A stretch of 63,533 nt of DNA, counting the filler, from Octopus bimaculoides (Eukaryota): NCBI RefSeq assembly GCF_001194135.2. It is 6 parts of 6 records of this genome, joined end to end, with 100 filler letters (N's around TTAATTAATTAA, not from the genome) between each part and the next. Parts side by side here need not be neighbours in the genome. Positions count along the whole stretch, not along the records: positions 29,019 to 57,072 come from NC_068983.1; positions 57,173 to 59,126 come from NC_068987.1; positions 59,227 to 61,746 come from NW_026296731.1; positions 61,847 to 63,533 come from NW_026330191.1; 2 more parts are not named here. One strand, 5' to 3'. This document shows positions 50,427-63,533 of the stretch, piece by piece (the stretch's first letter is position 1; every line of letters starts with the position of its first letter). The notes beneath the pieces are model-generated. The model did not search any database. It saw only the letters and a program-made list of their open reading frames with translations, and was not told where the DNA came from. Position numbers and translations under genes: made by a program.

Positions 50427-51084
50427 GTATGTATGTATGTACGCAAACACACAAATACACACACATACATGCATGAATAAAAACACACGTCTCCTGTGTT
50501 GTGTGTATATATGCGCGCGCGTATAGAGAGTTCGTCAGCCAATACGAACAGGGTCCCGTTATTAAATTCCTATGGAAGAATTGTTTGTATGTCTATATTA
50601 CCTGAGTTAAAATAGCAATGTTGTTTGATTGGGTATGTCAGAACTGTTCCTCCATTGACCCCCAACACCTTCATTACATACCCCAGTTGTGTCTCTTGTT
50701 GAACACCCCTTCTCCGACCGTTAATTAAATCCGTCAAGTGAAAATAAAATCTCTCAATTTCTTTAACTAAAACGTTATTTAATTCAATTTATAAATGTGA
50801 AAGGTTTCCTCGATATCAATTTAAATTGCAAAATCCTATATTGATATTTTAGCAGAACATTAAGTGAATCGAGAGATTGATTCATTGTGAAGAGAGAAGC
50901 TGAAAGTTTTGATGGAAGAGATGCCAAGGGGAAAACGAGCGAGAAATTTAATTAGCTAAAGAAATTGCATTAAAACTTTTACATATTTATTGAATCGTAT
51001 TATATCAACGAGAGCGTAACAAGCAACTGTCGGCGGCGCACTCGTTGTTACTGTTATTGTGTTGTTGTTCTTATCATCAACCCG

Positions 51085-51224
51085 CCCCCATCATCATCAC
51101 CCTCATCATCATCACCATCATCATCACCATCATCATCATCATCACCCTCATCATCATCACCCTCATCATCATCATCATCACCATCATCATCACCATCATC
51201 ACCATCATCATCATCACCCTCATC

Positions 51225-51291
<67 letters not shown>

Positions 51292-51294
51292 CCC

Positions 51295-51336
<42 letters not shown>

Positions 51337-51352
51337 CCATCATCATCATTCA
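51085..51352. repeat. (CAT)n/(CAC) trinucleotide array
   Basis: Directly visible. Confidence 0.97.
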
Positions 51353-51559
51353 CTAGTCTTACTTTTTGCGAGTCTTCTCGGCACAGCTAAGCGCATCTCT
51401 GTATATTTTGAGTGTCGTCAATACTATTTTCTCTCAGTCAAATCCGTGTGTATATTTTGTTCTTTACTTTCTGTATTTCTATTCTTGTGTCACAACATTC
51501 TCAAAGTACAATTACAATAGAAATTTTTGTTTCTGTTTTCATTTCCCTTAGTCTGGTTA

Positions 51560-53560
51560 TCCCTATTTTTTTCACCGTCTGTTATAATAGGATTTTTTCA
51601 TTTCTTTTAGAGGTTCCTTATCATTTTTGGAACTATATCAATGAGGAGACATTTCTTTTCTTGGTTGTCCTTGATAAGAATTATCTGATTGGTTCGTCTT
51701 CTTCTCCCTGACAGTATCTATTGACATATCCTACAGTATGTTTGTTTTGCCGCTCTCGTATATCTTTCCCGGTGTGTCTCTACAATCTCTTCACTGTGGT
51801 TATTTCATAGCGTTGGTTCAACTTGTGAATGTAATTTCGAACTGTATCATGTCTGTGGATGTATTCTTTCTTTGCTAAAGTTGAGAAACTAGAGGCAATG
51901 TGATCTACTGTTTTTGCCTCATTTATATGTATCATTCTGTAGTTACTATATACTGGTAGGGAGGATTTAGTCCTATGCGGCAATCAGCAAAAATTCAGTC
52001 TGTATTGAGTCCTACACCACTCAGCTAGTGTTGAAGATTTTTCCAAATCTAATACCATTGTGTTCGGCTGTTCCCATTATATGCCAGGCAGGGGCTTTTC
52101 TGGTCGTTGTTTTAAGACGCTCTGTCGTCGAAATTTGAATTTGCATTTCATCTGTTTCATAAACTCAATATAGCTTGTTTATACTTATTGGCTTATTTGA
52201 AAACAGAAATTAGATTGTTTTTGTTTTGTTCATCTTTCGTAGCTATTTCTGTTGATTTCACTATGATTCTGTATTGGATATCTTTGTCATCCTACTCTGG
52301 TTATTTTGTAATACATTTTTTTTAATTGTATAAACCTCGTTGTTCTTCGTACGGCAGGAAACGCTGACCCCTTATCTTATAGAAGTTCTCAATTTCATGC
52401 GGTGTTTCTCTGGCAATAACATCAATGTAGTTGAGTGGTCTTCGTACTAGATTAAGCTACAGAAATCGCTAAAATATGACATCAGTTATGGTGTATCCTA
52501 CAGCATGATAGCAGTGGCAAACAAATCCTATTGAACAATGAGTAGCAATTATAAGGATGGATTGTTATATCCATAACCCATCTCTTGCGTTGTGCTCATG
52601 TCATGAGGTGTTTTGTGCTTTCATGAGAAGCCTGGTTTGTGTACCCTGAAAGCGAACTTGCAGCTTCTTGTTAGTTCAAGTTGCGGATCCACAGAGAAGC
52701 ATGCTCTCTACATATACTTTAAAATAGACCAGCTTCGTTGACTTTTCGATTGATCGTTAGATATTTTAGATGTTGTTACAAGTACCCCAAACTTGTCCCT
52801 TGCATGCCAAAAAGTCTTTCTAAATGTTAAAAATGTGGGGCACAAAGTGCTTGAATCCACTGACTTCTTTTTTAGTTGGAACATATTGCGAGGTGACTTT
52901 CATCTCGTTGATGGTTATATAGTTAGCTTTCCTTACATTCAGAGAGAGACCGATTGTGGCCACAGCATTCACAAGATATATTAGCAAGTCTTGAACATCA
53001 CAGTTGATGAGCTATGAGGGTAAAACCATAAGTCTAGTCAAGGTCAGGGATATCCAGGTTCTGTCGATATCTTCACTGTTTTCGCCTGATTATGAGACGG
53101 CTTTTCTTTCACTATGAGAAAGAAGAAAAGGCTGACTTCTTGAAGGATACCTGTTGTTATTGGACCATCTGTGCTTTTCACAACATTTGATGCGTTTTCG
53201 TACATAGTGGTCATGTCATTGATGTCCTCACTTTGGATACCATGGTTTAACAGGATATATAACGTGTCCTTCTCTCCAAATAGATTGGAGAAAGCATAAT
53301 TACAATTTGGAGCTTCTGAGATCTATGATTCATCAAACGGCAATGAACTTTCATAATGTCGATTTACCTTTGCAGGAGCAATTTTGGATCCGTTGCAGGA
53401 TGGGATCAAAGTGAAAAGTTGTACTAAGGGCCATAGAGTTATAGATTGTTGCAGGCTAAAGATGAGCGTGCAATTCGCCTGTAATTCTGACAAATGAAGA
53501 TCACGTTTCTGGAAGATTAACGATAACCACAAAATACGCACATTTATGGCTAAACAAAGT
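51560..53560 (-). mobile_element. Heavily decayed R4-like LINE (RT to REL tail)
   Basis: KTVDHIASSFSTLAKKEYIHRHDTVRNYIH (remnant of CCHC plus RHD), then a WDMxI-like segment. Upstream frames are very broken, so the right boundary is approximate. Confidence 0.6.
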
Positions 53561-55921
53561 TGAGCCATAAATAAAAAGTCAACCCTTGTATCGATAAGGC
53601 AGCTTCCAATCAGAAAGATCTAAACATGAATTATCTGGTAAAGGATATGTCTTCCTAACAAATATAGGTGCCTATGGTAAGTGCACACATATATCAGTCA
53701 GTTATGGAAAAGCATGGGGCAACCTGTACCTCAAAAGACACTTTTCTCAAGCACTTTAAAGAGAAATTACAAGCACCCTTGATCTATGTCTGGAACAATA
53801 TTTCATTGCTGGTTACAACAAAGAGTACAAAGCCTTAAACATTGAACAATGATGAATAAATAAAAAAAAACATCCGGTTGACTTCATGTGTTACACTTCT
53901 GCTCTCGGAGGCTCGTCGCACAATACTTGCTGCTGCCTACCACGAGGGTTACGGTAAAGTACCTTAGCGACGATGTTGTCAACATTTTTATGGTATAGTG
54001 GTATAGTGGTATAGTAAGAGCAATTGGCAGACATTGAGAAGACATATGGGATCAGATGTGTTATACCATAACAATTGAGCTACACGATAACACCATACAG
54101 GATCCTCCATACGATAACTGAACTTGCTACGAGATGCAAGCAACTGTCTCTCAAATAGTACCCTGTTGTTTTAAAAGTGGAAGGATACCAGTGGATAATG
54201 CAGACCACGATTCACTGTATGGTGTCGTAGAAGTACCAGAATTGGTAACCGTGCGATATGAAGGTGAATGGGCTGATAGTCTCTAAGAAAAACCCTATAT
54301 ATCCAAACGCAGAGGGTCCTGAATGCTGGCTTTGCTGGGTAGAGGTGCTTATCTCGACTTTGAAAACATAAGGACACAGGAAATGTGTCAAGTCCAATAG
54401 GAAACGGTGTTTCCTAGGGCTAAATAACAGTAGCATTCTTCCCTTTTATGAGACTGTCACATTAAATTGACCATGCTGCTACTGCATAAATCTCTCTGAG
54501 AGATTTAGAGATATATTATTTCAACGTGGTTGCTATAATGAAACATCCAACTAAGGACCTGATCGTTTCGTTGCTTCAGGTGTGATATAGATATCTGGGG
54601 GCTAACGGAAAGCACAAAACAGAAATATCGGAGTGGAAGCCTGCGCATGGTTTCTTGTTAGACAATACTAAGTATCAACTCTTCCATCCAGTCTGATCAC
54701 CAGTCATCTTAATCCTGTCTTATCACTTGTCCTAGGTGACTTGGAATATGACAGACGGAGAATAGAGTGCATGATCCAGTATTGCTAATACTGTCTTTCA
54801 CTGGTGGGGTTTAAAAAAGGAGAAACTCGTTCGGATTTGCCTATGAATCACCAAAATTCAAGCATTCAGACTCTCTAACCTCTTCATGCTTATATTTTAT
54901 TTTCAATAATTCATATTTTGTTGTTGTTTTCTTCCTATTTCTTAACCAGAATTTTTAATTAAGCTGATGATTTTCTCCTCCGTAAAGGCGTAATTATAAT
55001 TATTATAATTAAAGTTCACTAAGATATCTCATCCGAAGCTTCAGTATATCTTTTCCTGCATAGCATGACGCTGGGTATGGCATTCATTCAGTCAAATATA
55101 ATATAGTTCTATAGAGATAACCTAATGTTGAGAAATGTAACAAAGGAGATATCTGGTGGAGCAAAGATATCTGCAGTTACGAATGATTGGTCACAGAGAA
55201 ATATAACAAAAAATAGCAACAGAAATAGCAACAATAACGAGGGCGGCGGCGGCGGGGGAGGAGGAGGAGGAGCTGACAACAACAACAACAACAAAAGTAT
55301 CAATCTAGTTGAGCATAACTTTTGAAATATTATTGATGAAAACCAATAAAAGCTATAAAAATATTAGAAATATATAAGGAATCAATCTGGCTGAAAGTCT
55401 GGGAATTAATTGACATTTTTAGAAATCGAAAGATGTGAAATATAGAATTGGTTCTGCAAGATTGGAATTTAATTTCTACATGATGAATGTTGATAAAGTA
55501 AATCGTTAAACAGATTATCTGGAACAGAATAAAAGAGACCTGGTTTTCCGATTTCCGTTCGTAGCAATTCTTTTACCAGTATTTGGTACCGATGAGGAGA
55601 CAACTACTCTAAAATACATGCATTCACCAGTCTGGATAGAAGGGGTTTCGAGATGCTTTGCTGTTTTTACATAGATTTGACTACGGGGAGAATTACAGTG
55701 GATGTCTTTCTTCCGGGTTGGAATATGCCAGAAGCATGTTTGAAGTAGTAAAATCTTATTATTGTAAATAGATTTGCATGAATTTCTGATGATATCAGAC
55801 TAGCACATACACTCACACACACACAGAGGCACACACACAGGCACGCACACGAATACATACACACATACAAGCGCACAGACACACACACACATATATATAT
55901 ATTCACATACATACACACACA

Positions 55922-55970
<49 letters not shown>

Positions 55971-56767
55971 TTATATGTATATGCATAATCATGTATGATT
56001 GTCATTCAGTTTTATTTCAAGATTTCTTGCCAATAAAGAACCGTTTCCTAACCTAGTGCCAAGGCTCCTTCGTTGCAATTTCAACACAAACAACAGGGTA
56101 TTTTCGTTTGTATGTATATGTGTATGTATGTATGTATGTATGTATGTATGTATGGATGGATGGATGGATGTATGGATGGATGGATGGATGCATGGATGCA
56201 TGGATGCATGTATGTGTGTATGCATGTATATGTGCAGATTTGTATCTTTTGCTTTATGTATGTATTCTCATTCATATATTTGCTTATCTAGACATGCTCA
56301 TATATATTTAAATGATAAACTGGGAAGTTTTACAGATTTTTACATTTCCAGGGATGGATTGGATCTGTAGTCTTCGAATTAGATTTCTCCTTTCTGGTTT
56401 TGAGAAGCCTAATTTCTCAAAATTGGTTTTTAGGCACCAATAATTACAGGTATAAACCTGAACTTCTAATCTGGATAGAGAACGTATGTATGTATGCATG
56501 TATGTATGTATGTATGTATGTATGTATGTATGTATGTATGTATGTATATATGTATGTATATATGTATACATACGGCTTTGTATATTTTGTTTTATGTATG
56601 TATTTTCATGCATATGGTTGCATATCTGGACATGTGCATATATATATATTTAAGTGATAAACTCCAGGAAAGTTTTACAGATTTTTACAACTCCAGTGAT
56701 GGCTTGTGAGTGGACCAAAGCCTTGTAAGTGGATGTAGTAGACGGAAACCAAGAGAAGAACGTCGTG

Positions 56768-56800
<33 letters not shown>

Positions 56801-57973
56801 ATAAGAGTGAAAAAACTACAAAAGGCTTGTGTTACATGGTTAAAGTATATATTTAAATTATGTCAGAAAAATGTTATAAAATCTTTTTGGTATATAAACA
56901 TAGTATTTTGAGAAATAACCGGTTTCGTGTTGTCTTTTCAAATTTCTCTACTTCATTGTAACGTGTTTGCTCCAGTCTGAGAAAGAAGAGTTCTAGATAG
57001 GGGGAGGTAATTAGGGATTTCTTCTGGTATAGGGGAGATAATCGAAATCTAGGATGTGGTAGAATTTGATTANNNNNNNNNNNNNNNNNNNNNNNNNNNN
57101 NNNNNNNNNNNNNNNNTTAATTAATTAANNNNNNNNNNNNNNNNNNNNNNNNNNNNNNNNNNNNNNNNNNNNTATATATATATATATACATATGTATGTA
57201 TATACATATATATATATATATATATATAATATATATATATATCAAAATAAGCAACAGCATATCAAGAAGTGATATATGTGTGTGTGTATGGGGGGGGTGT
57301 ATGTATCTGTATATACATATGTACTAACATATTTATAGAGTGAGAGAGATATACATATACTAATATATAAATATACATGCACACATACACACACACACAC
57401 ACATGCATGCAGACATACATGCACAAACCACATTTTAATCCATCTAATCAGTATATTCTAATCACTGACAGTGTTCCTCAACTAATTAGAAACTTACATT
57501 GCATACGGATTAAAATATGTGTACGCAGCTAATAGTTAAGTCGACAATGTTTTATCAAAGTAAATTGACAAGATTATACATCTTTGGTATTTTCTGCTCA
57601 TCAGGATTTAAAAAATTGATGCCACGATTTCTAAAGACACCTTAATAGCTGCCATTTTGAAACTTAAAATTAGCTGCCGTTAAAAGCATAATTTGCACTG
57701 TCTTGGCCTCTAGTCAATCTATAAACATAATTAAGTAGGTTAATCCTATGTTTTTTGGGGTCAAGAAAACTACTGTTAGCAGCTTTGGGCTTCTAATCCT
57801 AACACATTTTGTTTCCCCAGAGCTCTGTGGTGCTAGAGGCTTATGTATGCCACAGAACCGTGCAGAAATATTCCTTTCACATCTTCTAACCAAGTGGTTC
57901 TTAAATGGAGTCTTTTTTTTTTAATACAATTCATATTTATATTTGATTATAACAATAGTCTTTTATTCGTTTC

Positions 57974-58015
57974 CTTGTTTCAGTCATTTGGCTGCGGCCA
58001 TGCTGGAGCACTGCC

Positions 58016-58068
<53 letters not shown>

Positions 58069-58275
58069 TTGTGTGTCTGTGTTTGTCCCCCCCACCAACA
58101 TCGCTTGACAACCGATGCTGGTGTGTTTATGTCCCCGTTACTTAGTGGTTTGGCAAAAGAAACTGATAGAATAAGTACTAGGTTTACAAAGAATAAGTCG
58201 ATTTGCTCGACTAAAGGCGGTGCTCCAGCATGGCCACAGTCAAATGACTGAAACAAGTAAAAGAGAGTAAAGAGA
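57974..58275 (+). mobile_element. Family A SINE 3' half preceded by an inverted copy of its own tail
   Basis: 57974-58018 is the near-perfect reverse complement of 58213-58257. Confidence 0.8.
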
Positions 58276-58397
58276 AAGAGACATACTGTTGAAGTAAGTT
58301 TTAATTACACTATTAATATGAAGAAGAATATTATATGTGTTAAATCTACCAAATTTATTAAGGTTGACTACTCATGTAATAGATTTAGCAGATTTAA

Positions 58398-58614
58398 CCC
58401 TTTAGGATTTAAACCAGCTATATCTGGCCCAGGCATTCTAGCTGTTTCATATTCAGGCTGACCAGATCTAGCCTTTCACACTTAATCTACAATGTTATAC
58501 TAAAAATATACAATCACATCATTTAAATCTCAAAGCTACAAGATAATGAAGTAATTCAAAACAATGTGAATAAATAAGCATTATATTTCACAGAGTAATC
58601 TGAATGCTAAAGGG
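58398..58614. mobile_element. piggyBac-like MITE
   Basis: TTAA|CCCTTTAG ... CTAAAGGG|TTAA: TIRs with a TTAA target duplication. Confidence 0.85.
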
Positions 58615-60689
58615 TTAAATTCCTTAGGAATTGTATACCAAGAAGAACGCTGATGACAAAGGATGAAGACCAAAATATATGAAACAGCTCAGCTTGCAAG
58701 AAATGTTTTCAAAAATAGCCAAAATACATTTAGTGACTTCGGCATTTGCTTGTCTAGATTTAGTTCCTGATATCTTCGAATCCTTCCAAAATAAGAATCC
58801 TGACGTCCTTTCACCCACAAAAAAAGCCAATCCTGACAGCACTTCACCTCAAGACATATAAATGTGTTTAGTTGCAGCTAGTTTTACTCTTTACAAAAGA
58901 CAGAGATTAACTGTTTTGTGTAAGTCATTGCAATTTCACTGAATTTTCATTCAGTGTTTCTTGTTACTTTATCAAGCAACAAGCATTGGTTTATGGGAAA
59001 TATTTTAAACATAGGATGAGGTGGTTTGCCATTTGGGTTTAAGTGTATTATAAATTAGCCACATTGTACTTTGGCAAAATCACTAATCTGCCACCCGTCA
59101 GTCCCAATGATGCCAGACTAACATATNNNNNNNNNNNNNNNNNNNNNNNNNNNNNNNNNNNNNNNNNNNNTTAATTAATTAANNNNNNNNNNNNNNNNNN
59201 NNNNNNNNNNNNNNNNNNNNNNNNNNTGTGTCTGTTTATCTGTCTGTCTGTCGGTGCATAAATCTTCTTAGTAAACACGGTCACACATCCATATATAGGG
59301 GCATTTAAAACTTTATATCCATTACTCGTAGATAAATAAAAATACACTTATATGTACATTACTCTGAAAGCTTGTTTCTATTTTCTTTTTTATGACTTTT
59401 TTTTTTGCCTCTATATTTCTGTCTCTGTCTCTTTCTCACGCCGTCTCCCTCTCACTATTTCTTCATCTGACTATCTAATTACCTATATCAATATGTCTCT
59501 TATTCGCTCCGTTTCCACGCCTCTTAAACATCATGTGTATATTTTAACATGAAACTGTCTCAAGCTAGTCGCGAATATATCTAACAATGAACACAGGAAA
59601 TTCACAGTTAGATTTCCAGAGAAATATCTATTTGATCGTATCAAAGAAATCCGTTTATCAAAAGAATATTCGGATACATAAATATGCTACACATAAATAC
59701 ATGCATTAACACACACACACACACATACGCACACACACACATACACACAGACACACACATATATGTTTATATATATAAACATATATATATATAGGTATAT
59801 ACATACATGCAGATATGTGTGTATATATATATATATAATATGTATATATATATTTACATATATATAGATACATATAATTTCTTATATATACTATATATAT
59901 TATATATGCGTGTCCATGTATGCCTACATGTGTATATGTATGTACGTATGTATGTATGCATGTATGAATGTATATATATGTACGGAGGCCTACTGCGTTT
60001 AATGTTTTTCTCAACTCAAGTCACGATCCTGGGGCCATCTCCCTCCTCTTCAACGTCATCTTGCACGCTGTTGGATGGAGAGAGCAATTTTAGAAAAATA
60101 TATATTCATAGAAGTCATTGAATAAGTTGGGTGAATCGGTTTATTGATAAATAAATTACTTACATTTTTTTTCTAAATTAAATAATAAAACGAACAGGAT
60201 ATTTCCTTGTCGTTGCAGCAAACAGTTTGAATTGATGGAACGAAAATTACGAAATTTAACCAGAAATACAAAACCGTATCAATCTTTTTAATATTTTTAA
60301 ATCGGAACTTTGAGCAATGATTATNNNNNNNNNNNNNNNNNNNNNNNNNNNNNNNNNNNNNNNNNNNNNNNNNNNNNNNNNNNNNNNNNNNNNNNNNNNN
60401 NNNNNNNNNNNNNNNNNNNNNNNNNNNNNNNNNNNNNNNNNNNNNNNNNNNNNNNNNNNNNNNNTATATATATATATATATATATATATTTCAAGGTTAT
60501 GAAGGGTATTGGAGTCAACCAAACCCTAAGGATACAGGTAATACCGAGTAAGTGCTGTATACCGACTAGTTTTACCCCTGTCGTGGTTGCAACATGAGTG
60601 GGTAATATAACATGGGTCGTGTATATATATATAGAAAGAATAAGATAAAGAGACCAATGGCAAATTTAGAATTATATTTTACGTATAAA

Positions 60690-60738
60690 GTCTTACAGCT
60701 GTTTCAGAGAAAATTAAATGCATCCCTTCATCGGAGAC
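60690..60738 (-). ncRNA. Hammerhead-like motif with CCGAUGA core variant
   Basis: GUCU-CCGAUGA-AGGG...CUCU-GAAA-CAGCUG-UA|AGAC. 4-bp stem I, palindromic CAGCUG stem III, GUA triplet; U4 replaced by C and stem II weak. Confidence 0.5.
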
Positions 60739-60899
60739 GGTAAAAGTAGAAGAATGGATTATTACATCTATAAGAGGAGATTTGTAGTAAGAAGCGAGAG
60801 TGATGCGTAGAAGAAGGAACAAAGAAGAAAATGTACTTGGAGTATAGTTCCATTCCAACAGTAGACATCTCTACTAAGCAATCATTATTATTGTTGTTG

Positions 60900-60985
<86 letters not shown>

Positions 60986-61038
60986 TAGTAGTCTCATTTT
61001 TATCACCTGCTTCCTCTGCACGACCTACTTATTATTAA

Positions 61039-61235
61039 GGCGGCGAACTGGCAGAATCGTTAGCTTAGCAGTATTTTGTCGGCCGATACATTCTGAGTTC
61101 AAATTCCGCCGAGGTCACCTTCGCCTTTCACCTTTTCGGGAGCGATGAATTAAGTACCACCTATGAACTGGGGTCGATGTAATCGACTTAATCCGTTCCC
61201 CCAAATTTGAAGCCTTGTGCATCCAGTAAAAAGGA
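61039..61235 (+). mobile_element. Family B SINE
   Basis: Matches other family B copies. Confidence 0.85.
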
Positions 61236-61271
61236 TTATTATTATTATTATTATCATTATTGTTGTTGTTA

Positions 61272-61332
<61 letters not shown>

Positions 61333-62502
61333 ATAAAATGATATCTCAAAATATGTCTACGGTATGGTCATTGATATTCTATTTCCGTATTGAAATGATA
61401 TACAAAAATAGACACAAGTAGAGGATATCATTTACCTGTTATCAGATGTAAAACCTTGATATCGAATGCTATAACATTATCACGAAGTGATGATAAAATA
61501 TGTATAAAAAAGAAAAAACAAAAGTGATATCTTTATATGAGCGTGAGCATGCGTATGGATGTGTCTATGTGAATGTATTAATGGCTACAGTGACGAGGGA
61601 ACGATATAATAGCTTATGTCCCGCAAAAGACCCGAGATCCAATTACGTCATGAACAAATTGACTCAAGTCAACAATATATATAAATATATATATTCATAT
61701 ATAAGTGTGCGTGTAAGCATATATATATATATATATATATATATATNNNNNNNNNNNNNNNNNNNNNNNNNNNNNNNNNNNNNNNNNNNNTTAATTAATT
61801 AANNNNNNNNNNNNNNNNNNNNNNNNNNNNNNNNNNNNNNNNNNNNCAGACAGACAGACAGACACACAAACCTAAGCTTTCTTTGTCAGTCATAATGCTT
61901 ATGTCGAGTGTGATATTTGAGGCCCACCAACGATTTGCAAATGTTGCAAGTATGAGAATTATGGGTCAGTGTAGGCGGTATATTTGCAGCCACTTTTCTC
62001 CTTTATTTGGCACCCTTTAGCCTGTTATTTCTAGTTTAAAGAAGGTCTCTCTTACCATTTTGACACGATGATCTCCATTTTGAACGTGGTGTGTGTGTGT
62101 GTGTGTGTGAATATACATACACACCGATACCCAGTAATATGCATTTATCTTGTAAATCTACTGACTCGGAGAATAAAGCCAACGACCGTATAAATCTCTT
62201 CCAATTGTACAGAGACATTTCTCTAACAAAGGTTATGTCATTATGTGCTACCATAGATCAATTATATTTAAAAGTCACAGAGGTACGCAGAGGTGGCGGG
62301 GAGACCACAAGAAAGGTCAGCGTGTCTCTTTTTTCAAACAAGCTGTCATTGTGGCTTTTCAGCAGCAGATGGGAAGAGTTGTTGCATATATTGGTGCAGG
62401 CATGGCTGTATGGTTAAGTAGCTTTCTATGCAGTCATATAGTTTTGGCTTCAATCCCATTGCGCGGCATCTCGGGCAAGTTATTTCTACGATAGCTCCAG
62501 AC

Positions 62503-62906
62503 CATTCACGTACCGTCAGTAATTACTCAGGGTAGGCAGTTGGTGATCTTTATGCAGTAAGACACAAAAAATAAGCGAAACACAGGCGCTCGACTGAGTT
62601 GAAGGCAGATTTACTTCTGCCTTTATAGTACGTAAATAAAACGTTGTTGTAGGAATGTACGCAGCACGTGTAGTACAGCAGTACTATACATAGCTTTCAT
62701 ACTGAGATTGAAAAGCAGGGTGAATTATGCCTTCCTAAACTAGAAATAAATAAAATATTTTGCATTTTATGCATAGTAATCAGAGTAACCTTCATAATTG
62801 TATTGCATTAGGTGTTTATTTTGCCATAAAAGGAAAATGTTGCTATCGATCTATTTTTTTCAAGGTAGGCGGTGCCTACCTTGCTTATCTAGGCGGCACG
62901 TCCCTG
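62503..62906. mobile_element. hAT-like MITE nested in a family A SINE (62393-62970)
   Basis: Ends cattcacgt / acgtccctg (imperfect TIR) flanked by an imperfect 8-bp duplication ctccagac / tcccagac; SINE sequence resumes at tggtagacggaaact. Confidence 0.5.
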
Positions 62907-62972
62907 TCCCAGACCTAACAATGATGCCCTATGAATGAATATGGTAGACGGAAACTGTGGAAGCCTGTCACA

Positions 62973-63005
<33 letters not shown>

Positions 63006-63334
63006 TGGTGCAAACAGAAAAAAAACTAGAACTCAAATTCTGAGTATATGTATATTTTTATTAGTATATAGCAGAAGTAGCAGAGTGACTCAAGATCCGA
63101 GAGTTTCGTGAGTTGACACTTCAGTTTGATAAGCCCCACGGTACGAAATACTGGGAGCCACTCTGTTGCTTCTGCCTAATATTAATACAAATATTTATGT
63201 GTGTGTATACACACACACACATACACATAATATATATGTGTGTGTGTGTATACACACACACACACATATGGTTGTGAGGCGTAGAAGTGGTTGTGTGGTA
63301 AGAAGCTTGCTTCCCAACGACATACCCCGGGCAC

Positions 63335-63491
63335 AGTGACGCCACAACTCATTTCTACAGCTGAGTGAAGTGGAGCAACGTGAAATAAAGTGTCTTGCTC
63401 AAGAACACAACACACAGCCTGGTGTGGGATTCGAACTTGCAACTACATGATTATAAACCCGACACTCTAACCCCTGAGCCACGCACCTCAC
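63335..63491 (-). mobile_element. tRNA-derived SINE head and core
   Basis: Minus strand gtgaggtgcgtggctcaggggttagagtgtcggg...gttcgaatccc (A/B boxes); related piece at 17560-17650. Confidence 0.7.
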
Positions 63492-63502
63492 TCACTCATC
63501 TA

Positions 63503-63533
<31 letters not shown>

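Noticed and set aside
51045-51520. Poly-His, poly-Asp, poly-Ile and poly-Met ORFs
   Set aside because: All are translations of one (CAT)n array in different frames, with no flanking coding signal.
58648-58695. Hammerhead-like CTGATGA...GAAACAGCTC
   Set aside because: No pairing for stem II or stem I; likely chance.

Overview
This is eukaryotic, repeat-saturated, gappy DNA, not a prokaryotic locus. The microsatellite load and tRNA-derived SINE families look like an octopus/cephalopod draft scaffold (inference; not verifiable here). One convincing host gene is present: a secreted, bacterial-type M4 (thermolysin family, vibriolysin/LasB-like) zinc metalloprotease on the minus strand. Its predicted layout is signal peptide, FTP/PepSY-like propeptide, catalytic M4 with HEISH, and a C-terminal PPC-like domain, about 632 aa. 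The ORF track gives the wrong N-terminus. The real start appears to be a 49-nt signal-peptide exon at 12128-12080 (MAARSVGIRFLFVILF-G|GTGAGT), spliced in phase 1 across a 5.9-kb transposon-filled intron to an acceptor at 6163/6162 (TTTCTAG|CG). That argues for a domesticated, probably horizontally acquired gene rather than bacterial contamination. Also seen: three hammerhead-ribozyme-like cores (one downstream of a tRNA-like Pol III module and a Penelope GIY-YIG tail), an unannotated open frame at 289-627 cut by a SINE, and a ~350-bp inverted repeat in the protease intron. Decayed R4-, RTE-, CR1- and Penelope-type retroelements and Tc1/mariner, pogo, Chapaev3, MULE, piggyBac-like, hAT-like and Helitron-like DNA elements fill most of the rest. 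Most listed ORFs are artefacts of N-gaps and microsatellites. Element boundaries are approximate unless TIR/TSD or splice coordinates are given.
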